From Eubacteriales bacterium (GTDB lineage: Bacteria; Bacillota; Clostridia; Oscillospirales; CAG-382), in the NCBI GenBank assembly GCA_045653405.1, contig JAZOLW010000077.1:1-37273 (forward strand): DNA of 37,273 nt. Direction: 5' to 3'. Under the pieces are notes generated by a model. It was not told the origin of the DNA. It worked only from the letters and a program-made list of their open reading frames with translations, and did no database searches. Of the stretch, positions 7,510 to 16,401 are shown piece by piece. The translations under genes were made by a program, and so were the position numbers. Positions within the stretch are counted from its first letter, which is position 1, and each line of letters starts with the position of its first letter.

Positions 7510-9315
7510 TTATTCTGCGTCTGCTTCCGGTTCTTCTTCAACGGGAAGATACTTTTGGTAATTCTTCTGCGTTACCTCTGTAAAGTCCTTTGCACCGAAC
7601 TTGTCAGCGCTGATGTTGTCAAGGTCTTTTGATGCATAAATATCTACGTTGCAGAACAGAGGAATTACAGGAGATGCTTCAATAAGATAATCTTCTGCTC
7701 TGTGGAGAGCCTCTGCACGCTTTTCGTTGTTGAGTGCTCCTACAACTTCATCACAGATTGCATCGTATTCTGCATCATTAAAGCCTGTGATGTGAAGGTC
7801 TGTATATTCAACTTCTTCTGTTGCAAGGTCAATCTTACCACCTGCATATTCAGCAGAGAAGTTTACAAGCATTCCGTATGCATCAGGTGTAACGCACTGG
7901 AAGTCCATACCGACAACTCTTGCAGTACCTGTAGCTAATGCTGTCTTGCCTGAAGAAATACCGCTGATGTACTTACCGTTTTTGCCGCTTGTGCTTGCAG
8001 TAAATCCGAGTTCCTTCCATACCTTTCTTGCATATTCTGCAACAGACTGCTCATATGCTCTGTCCTTGTTGAACTCGATTGTGAACTTACCGCCCTTTAC
8101 GCCTGCTTCTGCGAGAAGTGCCTTTGCTGCTTCAATGTCACCTACGGGAAGTTCTCCTGCCATATTGCCGGAAACGAACTTATTCCCGCCAACCTTACGG
8201 AATTCTGTTCCGCCTACTGTATCTTCAACACCGAAAGGTACGATACCTTCAGCAGCCTGTGTCTTTCTGCCTGTAAGTGTGTTGATATATTCTCTGTCAA
8301 GAGCAATTGAAAGTGCCTTTCTTACTCTTGCGTCCTTGAACAGATCGCTTGTTGTGTCAAAGAAATATGTATATACAGAAGGAATTTCTGTTGTAACAGT
8401 CTTTCCTGCCGCTTTTATGGTTTCTTCCTTTGCAGCACTGAGATTGATATAGAAGATATCCTTATTGTTGAATCTTTCAATCTGTTCGTCAGCTGTTTCG
8501 CCTTCTGAAAGAACAGTTATAAGCTGATAAGGCTTAACAACCTTGTCAACAGGGTTGTCATCAACTGCACTTACATTCTTGTAGTGGAGATTTCTTTCAA
8601 GTTCAATTGACTTGTCTGAAATCTTCTTATATTTGAAAGCACCGTTTGTAAGAGGAAGACCTGCTGTTGCAGATGTTTCCCACATATAGTCAATGTTTGC
8701 GGGATCATCGAACTTTGTTGCACTGTCTTCTCTCAATGGAACAAGCACAGGGCTTGCAAGACGGCGAAGGAAATAATCAATATTTGTAAAGTCCTTTTCG
8801 AAAGTAATCTGGAGAACATCATCCTTCACTGCACAAACTCCGAGGTCATTAACAGAGCAAAGACCTTCCTTGACATTCTTTGCGTTCTTTATAGGGTAAA
8901 GCAAAGCTGCCGCAGAGTTGTCCATATCACTGCCGAGAAGTCTCTGCCAGGAATAAACAAAGTCATCTGCATCTACAACAACACCGTCGCTCCATCTTGA
9001 AGAATCAAGTGTGATTTCAAGCTTGAGTGTGTTGTCACGAGCGTCTACATAATACTCATATTCATCAGCAAGGGCATTGACAAGTTCGCCCTTTTCATCT
9101 ATCTTGAACAGACCTTCGTAAAGAAGACCGAAGAACTTGAGATTGTCTGCCGCACCGTAAGATACGTTTGTAGGGTCAAGATTGCCTGGAAGTTCAGAAA
9201 TGAACATCTGAATCATTGCACCCTTATCGTCATCATCCTTCTTTGCACAGCCAACAAGTGAAACTGCACTGAGAAGCATAACAGCCGCAAGTACCAGAGC
9301 AAGAATTTTTTTCAT
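7510..9315 (-). CDS. Peptide/oligopeptide ABC transporter substrate-binding lipoprotein (family 5), orphan
   Basis: Start taken at the ATG at 9315: MKKILALVLAAVMLLSAVSLVGC gives a lipobox (LVGC). The body is SBP_bac_5-like. No permease or ATPase genes are adjacent. The ORF track's extra 13 N-terminal residues were dropped. Confidence 0.85.
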   Translation of the reverse strand: MKKILALVLAAVMLLSAVSLVGCAKKDDDDKGAMIQMFISELPGNLDPTNVSYGAADNLKFFGLLYEGLFKIDEKGELVNALADEYEYYVDARDNTLKLEITLDSSRWSDGVVVDADDFVYSWQRLLGSDMDNSAAALLYPIKNAKNVKEGLCSVNDLGVCAVKDDVLQITFEKDFTNIDYFLRRLASPVLVPLREDSATKFDDPANIDYMWETSATAGLPLTNGAFKYKKISDKSIELERNLHYKNVSAVDDNPVDKVVKPYQLITVLSEGETADEQIERFNNKDIFYINLSAAKEETIKAAGKTVTTEIPSVYTYFFDTTSDLFKDARVRKALSIALDREYINTLTGRKTQAAEGIVPFGVEDTVGGTEFRKVGGNKFVSGNMAGELPVGDIEAAKALLAEAGVKGGKFTIEFNKDRAYEQSVAEYARKVWKELGFTASTSGKNGKYISGISSGKTALATGTARVVGMDFQCVTPDAYGMLVNFSAEYAGGKIDLATEEVEYTDLHITGFNDAEYDAICDEVVGALNNEKRAEALHRAEDYLIEASPVIPLFCNVDIYASKDLDNISADKFGAKDFTEVTQKNYQKYLPVEEEPEADAE

Positions 9316-9595
9316 AATTAAAAGTCGCCTCCAAGTGAATTTGTATGAATACATAGTGATAATTTGGGTATTGTATTCAATAATTATTATATATTATAGC
9401 ATTAAAGCGGCATATAATCAATCGATTTTCCTTCAAAAAAACTTTTTTCTCTTTTTGCACAATTTTCTTTCGCGATTTTGTGTTTTTTGCACAAAAGTCG
9501 AATTAAAAAGTCCAATCTGTAATACCGTATACGCCTTGCGAATATGCTTTACCAAAGCACTTAAAATGTAATTTTCACAAGCAACAAGGAAAGGT

Positions 9596-10555
9596 ATGGT
9601 CGTAAACGAAATGACAGAACTGTTCAAACCCGAAGGATTAACAATTGATACACCCGAAAACAGAGAGCATATATCCTCCCTTGCGTCGCTCGAATACGCA
9701 ATGACAGCAGGAATAATACTTGAAGCAAGAGCAATGCTGTGTGACAGCAGCCACAATCTGATAATTGACCTTGGCAAATACCGGGGAATAATTCCCCGAA
9801 GTGAAGCGGCATACAGTACCGACGGCAGCGAGGTTAGAGATATCGCAGTAATTACAAGAGTGGGAAAGTCAGTCTGCTTTAAGGTAACCGAAATAGATAG
9901 AAGTGATATTGTCCCTAAAATTATACTCTCCCGCAGAGCAGCACAGGCGGAGTGCTTTGAAAAATACATTTCCGCCCTGGAAAGCGGCGATATAATAGAT
10001 GCAAAAATCACTCACATAGAGCCTTTCGGATGCTTTTGCGACATAGGATGCGGCATAATTTCCCTTCTCCCTGTTGACTGCATATCCGTTTCCCGAATAT
10101 CAGACCCCAAAGAGCGTTTTTCCTGCGGGGAATACATAAAATGCGCTGTAAGGCAGAATGACAGACAAAGCGGAAGAATATCTCTCACCCACAAGGAACT
10201 CCTCGGCACCTGGGAAGAAAATGCCAGAGGTTTTGAAGCAGGCGAAACTGCCGCAGGCATAATAAGAAGCATAGAACCCTACGGCATATTTGTTGAACTG
10301 ACACCAAACCTTGCAGGCCTTGCGGAATGGTGCGAGGGCGTAGAGCCGGGACACAGTGCCGCCGTATATATAAAGAGCATCATTCCCGAAAAAATGAAAA
10401 TAAAGCTGGTTATAGTAGACAGCAATTTCACCGCTGCCCCCAGAAAAAAGCCTGTTTATTTCATAGATTCGGGACATATAGATGTGTGGCAATACTCCCC
10501 CGAATACTGTGAGAAGGAAATTTTCACAGATTTTACTGCAGAACCTGAAATATAA
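9596..10555 (+). CDS. S1 RNA-binding domain-containing protein
   Basis: 319 aa with repeated S1/OB-like segments (GDIIDAKITHIEPFGCFCDIGCGIISLLP; GETAAGIIRSIEPYGIFVELTPNLAGLAE). RBS AAGGAAAGG. Confidence 0.75.
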   Translation: MVVNEMTELFKPEGLTIDTPENREHISSLASLEYAMTAGIILEARAMLCDSSHNLIIDLGKYRGIIPRSEAAYSTDGSEVRDIAVITRVGKSVCFKVTEIDRSDIVPKIILSRRAAQAECFEKYISALESGDIIDAKITHIEPFGCFCDIGCGIISLLPVDCISVSRISDPKERFSCGEYIKCAVRQNDRQSGRISLTHKELLGTWEENARGFEAGETAAGIIRSIEPYGIFVELTPNLAGLAEWCEGVEPGHSAAVYIKSIIPEKMKIKLVIVDSNFTAAPRKKPVYFIDSGHIDVWQYSPEYCEKEIFTDFTAEPEI

Positions 10556-10558
10556 AAG

Positions 10559-10588
10559 AATACCGCGGCACTGCCGCGGTATTTTATT
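10559..10588. terminator. Bidirectional terminator between the S1-domain gene (+) and the MFS gene (-)
   Basis: Perfect 10-bp GC-rich stem ATACCGCGGC / GCCGCGGTAT with a 3-nt loop, followed by TTTATT on the + strand and preceded by an A-rich stretch (AAAAGAA). Confidence 0.65.
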
Positions 10589-11795
10589 AACCGTTTGTAT
10601 GTTTTTTTCTTATTTCCCTTAAATAAAGCAATCCCACAGCTCCGGTAATCAGCACAGGGAAAATCACCGCATATGCAAGTCCCGTTTTAACGGACGGAAC
10701 TCCGTCGGGGGTGAAAGATGATGCTCTTGCCACTGTTTCGGGACCGATAAAGCACCCCACATCTCCGAACAGTGCAAGAATGGCAAACATTGCTGTTCCC
10801 CCTGCGGAATATGTTTTTGATGCAAGGCTGAGTACCCCCGGCCACATAATGCCAACAGAAAATCCGCAAAGTGTGCAGCCTGCAAGTGACAGATAAGGAT
10901 GCTGAGCAAGTGCCGCAAGCAAGTAGCTTATAACGCAAAGAGCCGAGCTTATTAGAAGAGCTGTGCGGATATTGATTTTTTCACCCACAGCCGCATAGAA
11001 TATTCTTGAAAGTCCCATTGTTATTGCAAACATACACGGACCGAGTAAGTCTGCCGTCTGCTTTGATACACCGAGCTCGGTTTCCGCGAAAAAAGATGAC
11101 CACTGTGCCATACCAAGCTCTGCCGCGCCCGAACATATCATAAGTATAATAAACACCCACATAACCTTTACGCCGAACAGTTTGCGGAGTTTTGTTCTTT
11201 CAGCATTTTCACCGCCAAGCTGGTTTACGGGCACATATCTGCAGAAGAAAAAGTTGCATATGGGAATGATTGCCCACAAACAACAGAGAATACTCCAGTT
11301 TTCCCTGCCGAAAAACTTCATAAATAAAGTGGAAAGAACAACTGTCAGCACGTGCCCCCAGCAGTAGAAGGAATGAAGCAAACTCATTGAAGATGCCTTT
11401 GCATCCCCCGGCAAAGCCTCGATGATAGGACTTATGATTACCTCCATAAGACCGCTTCCTATTGCGTAGAAAAATGCTGCAGTAAGAATACCTGCATAGG
11501 CACTGGGGAAAATCCTCGGGAATATGCCAAGGCCCACAAGTCCCACAGCCGCAAAAACCTGTGACGTAAGCAAAAGAGGCTTATACCCTATTCTGTCTGC
11601 AAATTTTGCTCCGAGAAAATCAACAATAAACTGAACCCCGAAGTTTGCCGTAAGTATAAATGAAAGTTGTTCAAGACTGCAGCCAAACTGCTTGCTGAAT
11701 GTAACAAACAAAAGTGCCGCAAGGTTATTTACACAGGCACTTGTTATATAGGAAACATAACAAGCCGCCATAGTATGCTTATAGGTAAGTTTCAT
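10587..11795 (-). CDS. MFS transporter
   Basis: 402 aa, highly hydrophobic with about 12 predicted TM segments. It has an MFS loop motif (GAKFADRIGYKP). RBS GAAAGGA. Confidence 0.8.
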   Translation of the reverse strand: MKLTYKHTMAACYVSYITSACVNNLAALLFVTFSKQFGCSLEQLSFILTANFGVQFIVDFLGAKFADRIGYKPLLLTSQVFAAVGLVGLGIFPRIFPSAYAGILTAAFFYAIGSGLMEVIISPIIEALPGDAKASSMSLLHSFYCWGHVLTVVLSTLFMKFFGRENWSILCCLWAIIPICNFFFCRYVPVNQLGGENAERTKLRKLFGVKVMWVFIILMICSGAAELGMAQWSSFFAETELGVSKQTADLLGPCMFAITMGLSRIFYAAVGEKINIRTALLISSALCVISYLLAALAQHPYLSLAGCTLCGFSVGIMWPGVLSLASKTYSAGGTAMFAILALFGDVGCFIGPETVARASSFTPDGVPSVKTGLAYAVIFPVLITGAVGLLYLREIRKKHTNG

Positions 11796-11818
11796 TGCTA
11801 AATCCTTTCGGGAAAAAG

Positions 11819-12598
11819 TTATTCACAGAAATTCACAAGATATGTGTCGGTACACAGCGAAGTTTTTTCGTCTATATCAAACACAGCTCCGTTAAACATT
11901 ATCTTTCCCTGAGGTTCTTCAAAACGTACAGGCATTTTATAAAGGAATTTTTCGAGAATACATTCATTTTTCACGCCGAGTATGGAGTCATATACGCCTG
12001 TCATACCCACATCCGTAACAAATCCCGTTCCGCCTGCAAGGATTCTTGCATCGTTTGTCTGAACGTGGGTATGTGTGCCAAACAGCACACTTACTTTTCC
12101 GTCAAGATACTTCGCAAGCGCAATTTTCTCGGAGGTCGCCTCTGCGTGAAAATCAATGACGGAAACATCATATTCGCCCTTGTATTTTCCGAGAATAGCA
12201 TCTGCCGTTTCAAAAGGACATCTGAAAGCATCCGGCATATAAACATTTCCCAGCAGTGATATAACAAGCACCCTGACACCCATTGCGTCAAAAATGACAC
12301 TTCCCGCACCGGGACAAGCGTGCGGGTAATTTGCCGGTCTTAAAACATATTCGTTGTCCTCAATGTAGTGCTTCATCTCGTGCTTTTGCCATATATGGTT
12401 TCCGCTTGTGATAACATCAGCACCCGAAGCAAGAAGCGTATCGGCAGTATCGGCATCAAGTCCGTTACCCTTTGCCGCATTTTCTCCGTTGAGTACAACC
12501 ATATCTATGCTGTGTTCCTTACGGATTCTCCACAGATTTCTTCTTATAAATTCCGTTCCGCCGTTTCCCACAACGTCGCCCACTGCAAGTATTCTCAT
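11819..12598 (-). CDS. ymdB: YmdB-family metallophosphoesterase (TIGR00282; 2',3'-cyclic-nucleotide phosphodiesterase-like)
   Basis: 259 aa: MRILAVGDVVG, VLNGENAAKGNG, SGNH and FHAEATSEK motifs. Confidence 0.85.
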   Translation of the reverse strand: MRILAVGDVVGNGGTEFIRRNLWRIRKEHSIDMVVLNGENAAKGNGLDADTADTLLASGADVITSGNHIWQKHEMKHYIEDNEYVLRPANYPHACPGAGSVIFDAMGVRVLVISLLGNVYMPDAFRCPFETADAILGKYKGEYDVSVIDFHAEATSEKIALAKYLDGKVSVLFGTHTHVQTNDARILAGGTGFVTDVGMTGVYDSILGVKNECILEKFLYKMPVRFEEPQGKIMFNGAVFDIDEKTSLCTDTYLVNFCE

Positions 12599-12729
12599 GT
12601 TCTTCCTTTCATTATGCCTTTTTATTCAACAACAAAGTTCCACGTATGCCCAACCCTGCTACAGGCCGATTATACCTTATGATGTGTTGCAAGTCAATCA
12701 GTATGCTTGCAAAATTTTTCTTAAATACT

Positions 12730-13959
12730 TCAACTCTGATCCATATCAAGCTGTGACTCAAGAAGTGCCGCAAGCGAACCTCTTTCGGCATTTTTTGCAC
12801 CCACAAGGATGTATCTTCCGTAGTCATCGGTTTTCACTGCCTTATACTGCTTGTCCACAGGCATTTCCGCAAGGAACGTAAGACCTTTTCCCGTTGTATC
12901 GTAGTCGTAAACGGAAAGGCTGTCCCTTGTGAGTATGTAAAGAGTTGAATCTGTATAGGATACATCTGTTATCTTATTGTCGGTATGATGCTCAAACAAA
13001 AGTCTTCCCTCGTAGTCATAGGCGTAAACCGTCATTGAGCTTCCCGAAAGATTATTGCTCTGACTTATTATGAAGCAATCGTCATATTCCTTGAAAAATC
13101 TAGCATTGTGAGCGTTGTAACTCTGCGCACCGACAAGCTTTAAATCCTTGTCATAGCAGAGGAAACGTCTGTCAGTCAGCACATATATATTGGAATCATT
13201 GTTTGCGTATCCGATTTTGAGAGCCATTGTATCTTCAAGAATAACAGTCTGCATCTTTTCACCCGTTGAAGTGTTGTAAATTATAAGGTCGGTTACAAAT
13301 GCTCCGTTCTTATTGGAAATTGCAGCACAGGCAACGTATGAACCGCTTGCATTGAGGGATGCGCTCATAACATATTTGTCGGGGCTCATCCAGCGGAAAA
13401 TTTCATTCCCGTCAACGTCAAATACAATTACGCCCGAACGGTATGTCTTTTCCGAGTTAACAACCGCAAAATATCCGATATCGTTTATGTCAGCCGCCTT
13501 GATATCATAATCAAGCGTCTTTTTCAGCACCTTTGAAACAGAGCTGTAAAGCGCAAGTTCCTTGCCCTGAGTATCGTATACAAGAAAGTTATTTCCGTTT
13601 GATACAAAAGCAGCATCTGTATAAGAATAGTCATAGCTGAACAGCTTACTGCCCGAAAAACCGTACAGCTGGCATCCCGAATTGGAAACAACCGCAAGAT
13701 CATTGTGAAGCATTGTGAATACAGAAGATTCATCGGTGCTTATTGTAATGGAGGTATCGGACGGAGTGTTGTCGGTTGCCGAAAGATTTATGTATTTAAG
13801 AACATAACGCATATTGTCAACGGTTATATTGTCTCTGAAAAATCCGATACAGTAAACACAGAACAGCACAAACGCAAGCAGCACTGCAAATCTGAAAATT
13901 TTAATGACTGCAGCCGCTTTTCTGTAATATCCCGAAAGCTTTGGGTCTAAATTCTGCAT
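12730..13959 (-). CDS. Membrane-anchored protein of unknown function (possibly DUF5711-like)
   Basis: Start moved to the ATG at 13959 (GGAAGGAG lies 7 nt upstream). A short basic N-terminus is followed by one TM helix (FAVLLAFVLFCVYCIGFF) and a ~340-aa beta-rich extracytoplasmic region. No catalytic motif was recognised. Confidence 0.6.
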   Translation of the reverse strand: MQNLDPKLSGYYRKAAAVIKIFRFAVLLAFVLFCVYCIGFFRDNITVDNMRYVLKYINLSATDNTPSDTSITISTDESSVFTMLHNDLAVVSNSGCQLYGFSGSKLFSYDYSYTDAAFVSNGNNFLVYDTQGKELALYSSVSKVLKKTLDYDIKAADINDIGYFAVVNSEKTYRSGVIVFDVDGNEIFRWMSPDKYVMSASLNASGSYVACAAISNKNGAFVTDLIIYNTSTGEKMQTVILEDTMALKIGYANNDSNIYVLTDRRFLCYDKDLKLVGAQSYNAHNARFFKEYDDCFIISQSNNLSGSSMTVYAYDYEGRLLFEHHTDNKITDVSYTDSTLYILTRDSLSVYDYDTTGKGLTFLAEMPVDKQYKAVKTDDYGRYILVGAKNAERGSLAALLESQLDMDQS

Positions 13960-13978
13960 ATAAACACTCCTTCCGTAA

Positions 13979-14662
13979 TTATTTAACAAAAGGCAAACAT
14001 TCCACGTTCATACCCTCTGCGGCATTCTTTTTAGCCTTGCAGACAAGCAGTTCGCAGAAGTTGCTTGATTGTTTCATTTTGTAAAAACGTAAGTCCTTTA
14101 TTTCAAACCTGTTCTTTTTTGCCGCGTCCATAAGGGATGAAAGCCTGTCGGTACGGTAAACAATATAGATACATCCGCCGGTGCGGAGAAGATAGAAAGC
14201 GGCAGCAAAAACATCATATATAGTGCAGGCAATTTCGTGGCGTGCAATGGAAATGTCCTCATTGTCGCACATCTTTCCGCAGTCTGCAGTCATATAAGGC
14301 GGATTGCAGGTAACAAAATCAAACTGCTCGCCTGAAAAAATTTCCTTTACATTTTTAAGGTCGTGGCAGTGTACGGAAAATCTGTCGGAAAGTCCGCTTT
14401 CCTTTGCGCTCATCACACAAAGGTCTGCCGCCTTGGGATTTATTTCAACGGCTGAAGCCTTGAGCCCTGCATATCTGTCACACAGCAAAAGAGGAATAAT
14501 ACCCGTACCCGAGCACAAATCGCACATATTTTTTGAGCCAAGCGCCATTACCTGTTCGCCCACATAATCTGCAAGAAGCACAGCATCTGTGCCGTAGCTG
14601 AATACGCCTTTTTGCTGATATACAGTCAGCGTATCTGTCACTCTCTCTGCTTTTGCCGTCAC
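13979..14662 (-). CDS. SAM-dependent methyltransferase, tRNA1(Val) (adenine37-N6)-methyltransferase-like (TrmN6/YfiC type)
   Basis: Has the SAM motif DLCSGTGIIPL and the N6-adenine motif NPPY (VTCNPPYM). The GTG at 14662 is preferred because AAGGAGGG lies 6 nt upstream. The ORF track's TTG at 14698 has no RBS. Confidence 0.8.
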   Translation of the reverse strand: MTAKAERVTDTLTVYQQKGVFSYGTDAVLLADYVGEQVMALGSKNMCDLCSGTGIIPLLLCDRYAGLKASAVEINPKAADLCVMSAKESGLSDRFSVHCHDLKNVKEIFSGEQFDFVTCNPPYMTADCGKMCDNEDISIARHEIACTIYDVFAAAFYLLRTGGCIYIVYRTDRLSSLMDAAKKNRFEIKDLRFYKMKQSSNFCELLVCKAKKNAAEGMNVECLPFVK

Positions 14663-14948
14663 GGTTTTCCCTCCTTGCATCTGATTTTGCCGGATCAATG
14701 ATGAATTTTTGTAGGGACAGATGCCCGCATCTGTCCGATTTCGGGTTAATGCCCAGCATCAACCCCTACATTTTATCCTTGTGTATCGAATATTTAGACA
14801 TTTAGTATATTTTAACACAACCCAGCCTTTTTTTCAATAACAATTATAAAAAAGTTGCCGATTTTATCCCTTTCATCTGCCTGTGTCGGCAAATCACATT
14901 ATCGTACATCTGTACTGTAAATAATTTGTTTCCTAATTGTTAAAATCA

Positions 14949-14987
14949 GAACTTTTGTTTGCAATAATAGAACATTTGTTGTATAAT
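14949..14987 (+). promoter_or_regulatory. lexA promoter with two LexA (Cheo-type) boxes
   Basis: TTGCAA (14959-14964), 17 nt, TATAAT (14982-14987). Box 1 is GAACTTTTGTTT (14949-14960) and overlaps the -35. Box 2 is GAACATTTGTTG (14970-14981) and fills the spacer. Both are near matches to GAAC-N4-GTTC. Confidence 0.65.
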
Positions 14988-15056
14988 TTACAATGTATTA
15001 GTATAATAATGGCGTTGTATTACAAATACACGCTAAAACCGAAAGGACGGTAATAT

Positions 15057-15665
15057 ATGGAACAGCTGAAACCCAAGGAGCAAAGAGTTCTCGATTTTAT
15101 CAACAAGACAATCGACGAGCAGGGATATCCTCCGTCAGTAAGAGAGGTTTGCGCGGCTCTCGGCTTTAAGTCAACCTCCACCGTGCAGATGTATGTAAAC
15201 AGACTCATATCCAAAGGCTATATCAGCAAATCAGACGGAAAAAGCAGAACAATAAGAAAGGCTGACGAACCCTCCGACGGCACACGTAAGTACAAGGTGC
15301 CTGTTGTAGGTCAGGTTGCGGCAGGTCTCCCCATTCTTGCAACACAGAACCTTGAAGGCTACATAACATATTCCAGCCTTCACACCTACGATGAATCAAA
15401 GCTTTTCTGCCTTAAGGTAAAGGGCGAAAGTATGATTGATATCGGAATAATGGACGGCGATCTTGTTGTTGTTGAACAGAGAAACATCGCCGAAAATGGC
15501 GAAATCGTAGTTGCTCTCGTGGAAGACGAAGCAACTGTAAAGCGTTTCTACAAGGAAAACGGCAAGTTCAGACTCCAGCCCGAAAACAAAACAATGGAGC
15601 CTATAATCGTAGACGAAGTTTCCGTTCTCGGTAAGGTAATTGCAGTAATCAGATACTATGCCTGA
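15057..15665 (+). CDS. lexA: LexA repressor (SOS regulator)
   Basis: 202 aa with a winged-HTH N-terminus (GYPPSVREVCAALGFKSTSTVQMYVNRL), the Ala-Gly cleavage site (VAAGLP), the catalytic Ser (GESM) and Lys (VKRF). Confidence 0.93.
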   Translation: MEQLKPKEQRVLDFINKTIDEQGYPPSVREVCAALGFKSTSTVQMYVNRLISKGYISKSDGKSRTIRKADEPSDGTRKYKVPVVGQVAAGLPILATQNLEGYITYSSLHTYDESKLFCLKVKGESMIDIGIMDGDLVVVEQRNIAENGEIVVALVEDEATVKRFYKENGKFRLQPENKTMEPIIVDEVSVLGKVIAVIRYYA

Positions 15666-16341
15666 GAGTATTTTCCCCGGCAGTCCATTACACGAAAAAG
15701 CTCTTAACGCTCTGTTTGTAACAGAGTGCAGTATATGCGGAAATCCCATTGACAGTCACGGTATTTGCGAAACCTGCAATGCGGCGCTTGAGTTTGCGGA
15801 AGCAGAAACTCCCGTTTTTGAAATTTCGGCAGACGGTGTCGCTGTCAGATGTGCAACCTGTTTTGCGTATAACGAAGACACGGTTACAAATCTGCTGTTT
15901 GCTCTGAAAAATAACGGTTCGTGCACTATTGTGAATTATGCGTCTATGAGATTGAAAGGCGCAGTATCACTTTTATCCCCTGCCGGTAAAACAGTATTCG
16001 TCAATGTGCCGCGAAGCACGTCGGGTAAAATGAAGTACGGATTTGACCAGTCGGAAATGCTTGCGAAAAGAACCGCGCGTATGTGCGGAGTAAAGTATTC
16101 AAATCTCATTAAGCGCAAGGGCTTTTCAAAAGAGCAGAAAAGACTGAGCGCAGAACAAAGACAAAACAACATTGCCGGAAAATTCAGAGTGCGTAAGACC
16201 TGTTCAAAAACAACGCCCGACAGCATAGTTATATTTGATGACGTTATGACAACGGGAAGCAGTATAAAAGAGTGCGCCCGTCTGTTGCACAGCAAATATC
16301 CGGGTGTCTGTTTGTATGCCGTAGTTCTTACAACAAGATAG
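15658..16341 (+). CDS. comFC: ComF-family protein (ComFC-like phosphoribosyltransferase-fold competence protein)
   Basis: 227 aa with an N-terminal CxxC...CxxC (CSICGNPIDSHGICETCN) and the PRT motif IVIFDDVMTTGSS. The ATG overlaps the lexA stop (ATGCCTGA). Confidence 0.8.
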   Translation: MPESIFPGSPLHEKALNALFVTECSICGNPIDSHGICETCNAALEFAEAETPVFEISADGVAVRCATCFAYNEDTVTNLLFALKNNGSCTIVNYASMRLKGAVSLLSPAGKTVFVNVPRSTSGKMKYGFDQSEMLAKRTARMCGVKYSNLIKRKGFSKEQKRLSAEQRQNNIAGKFRVRKTCSKTTPDSIVIFDDVMTTGSSIKECARLLHSKYPGVCLYAVVLTTR

Positions 16342-16401
16342 CTCGCACACAAATAACCAAATAACATCAATAACATTACAAGATCCGAAAGGAAGCATAA
16401 A

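Noticed and set aside
9433-10011. 192-aa minus-strand ORF, and other >100-aa antisense ORFs inside ftsK, the SBP gene, the ABC genes, rnj and the ATPase gene
   Set aside because: All are embedded antisense or out of frame within genes that have clear family signatures. They have no RBS and low-complexity or Ser/Leu/Cys-rich translations typical of shadow ORFs.
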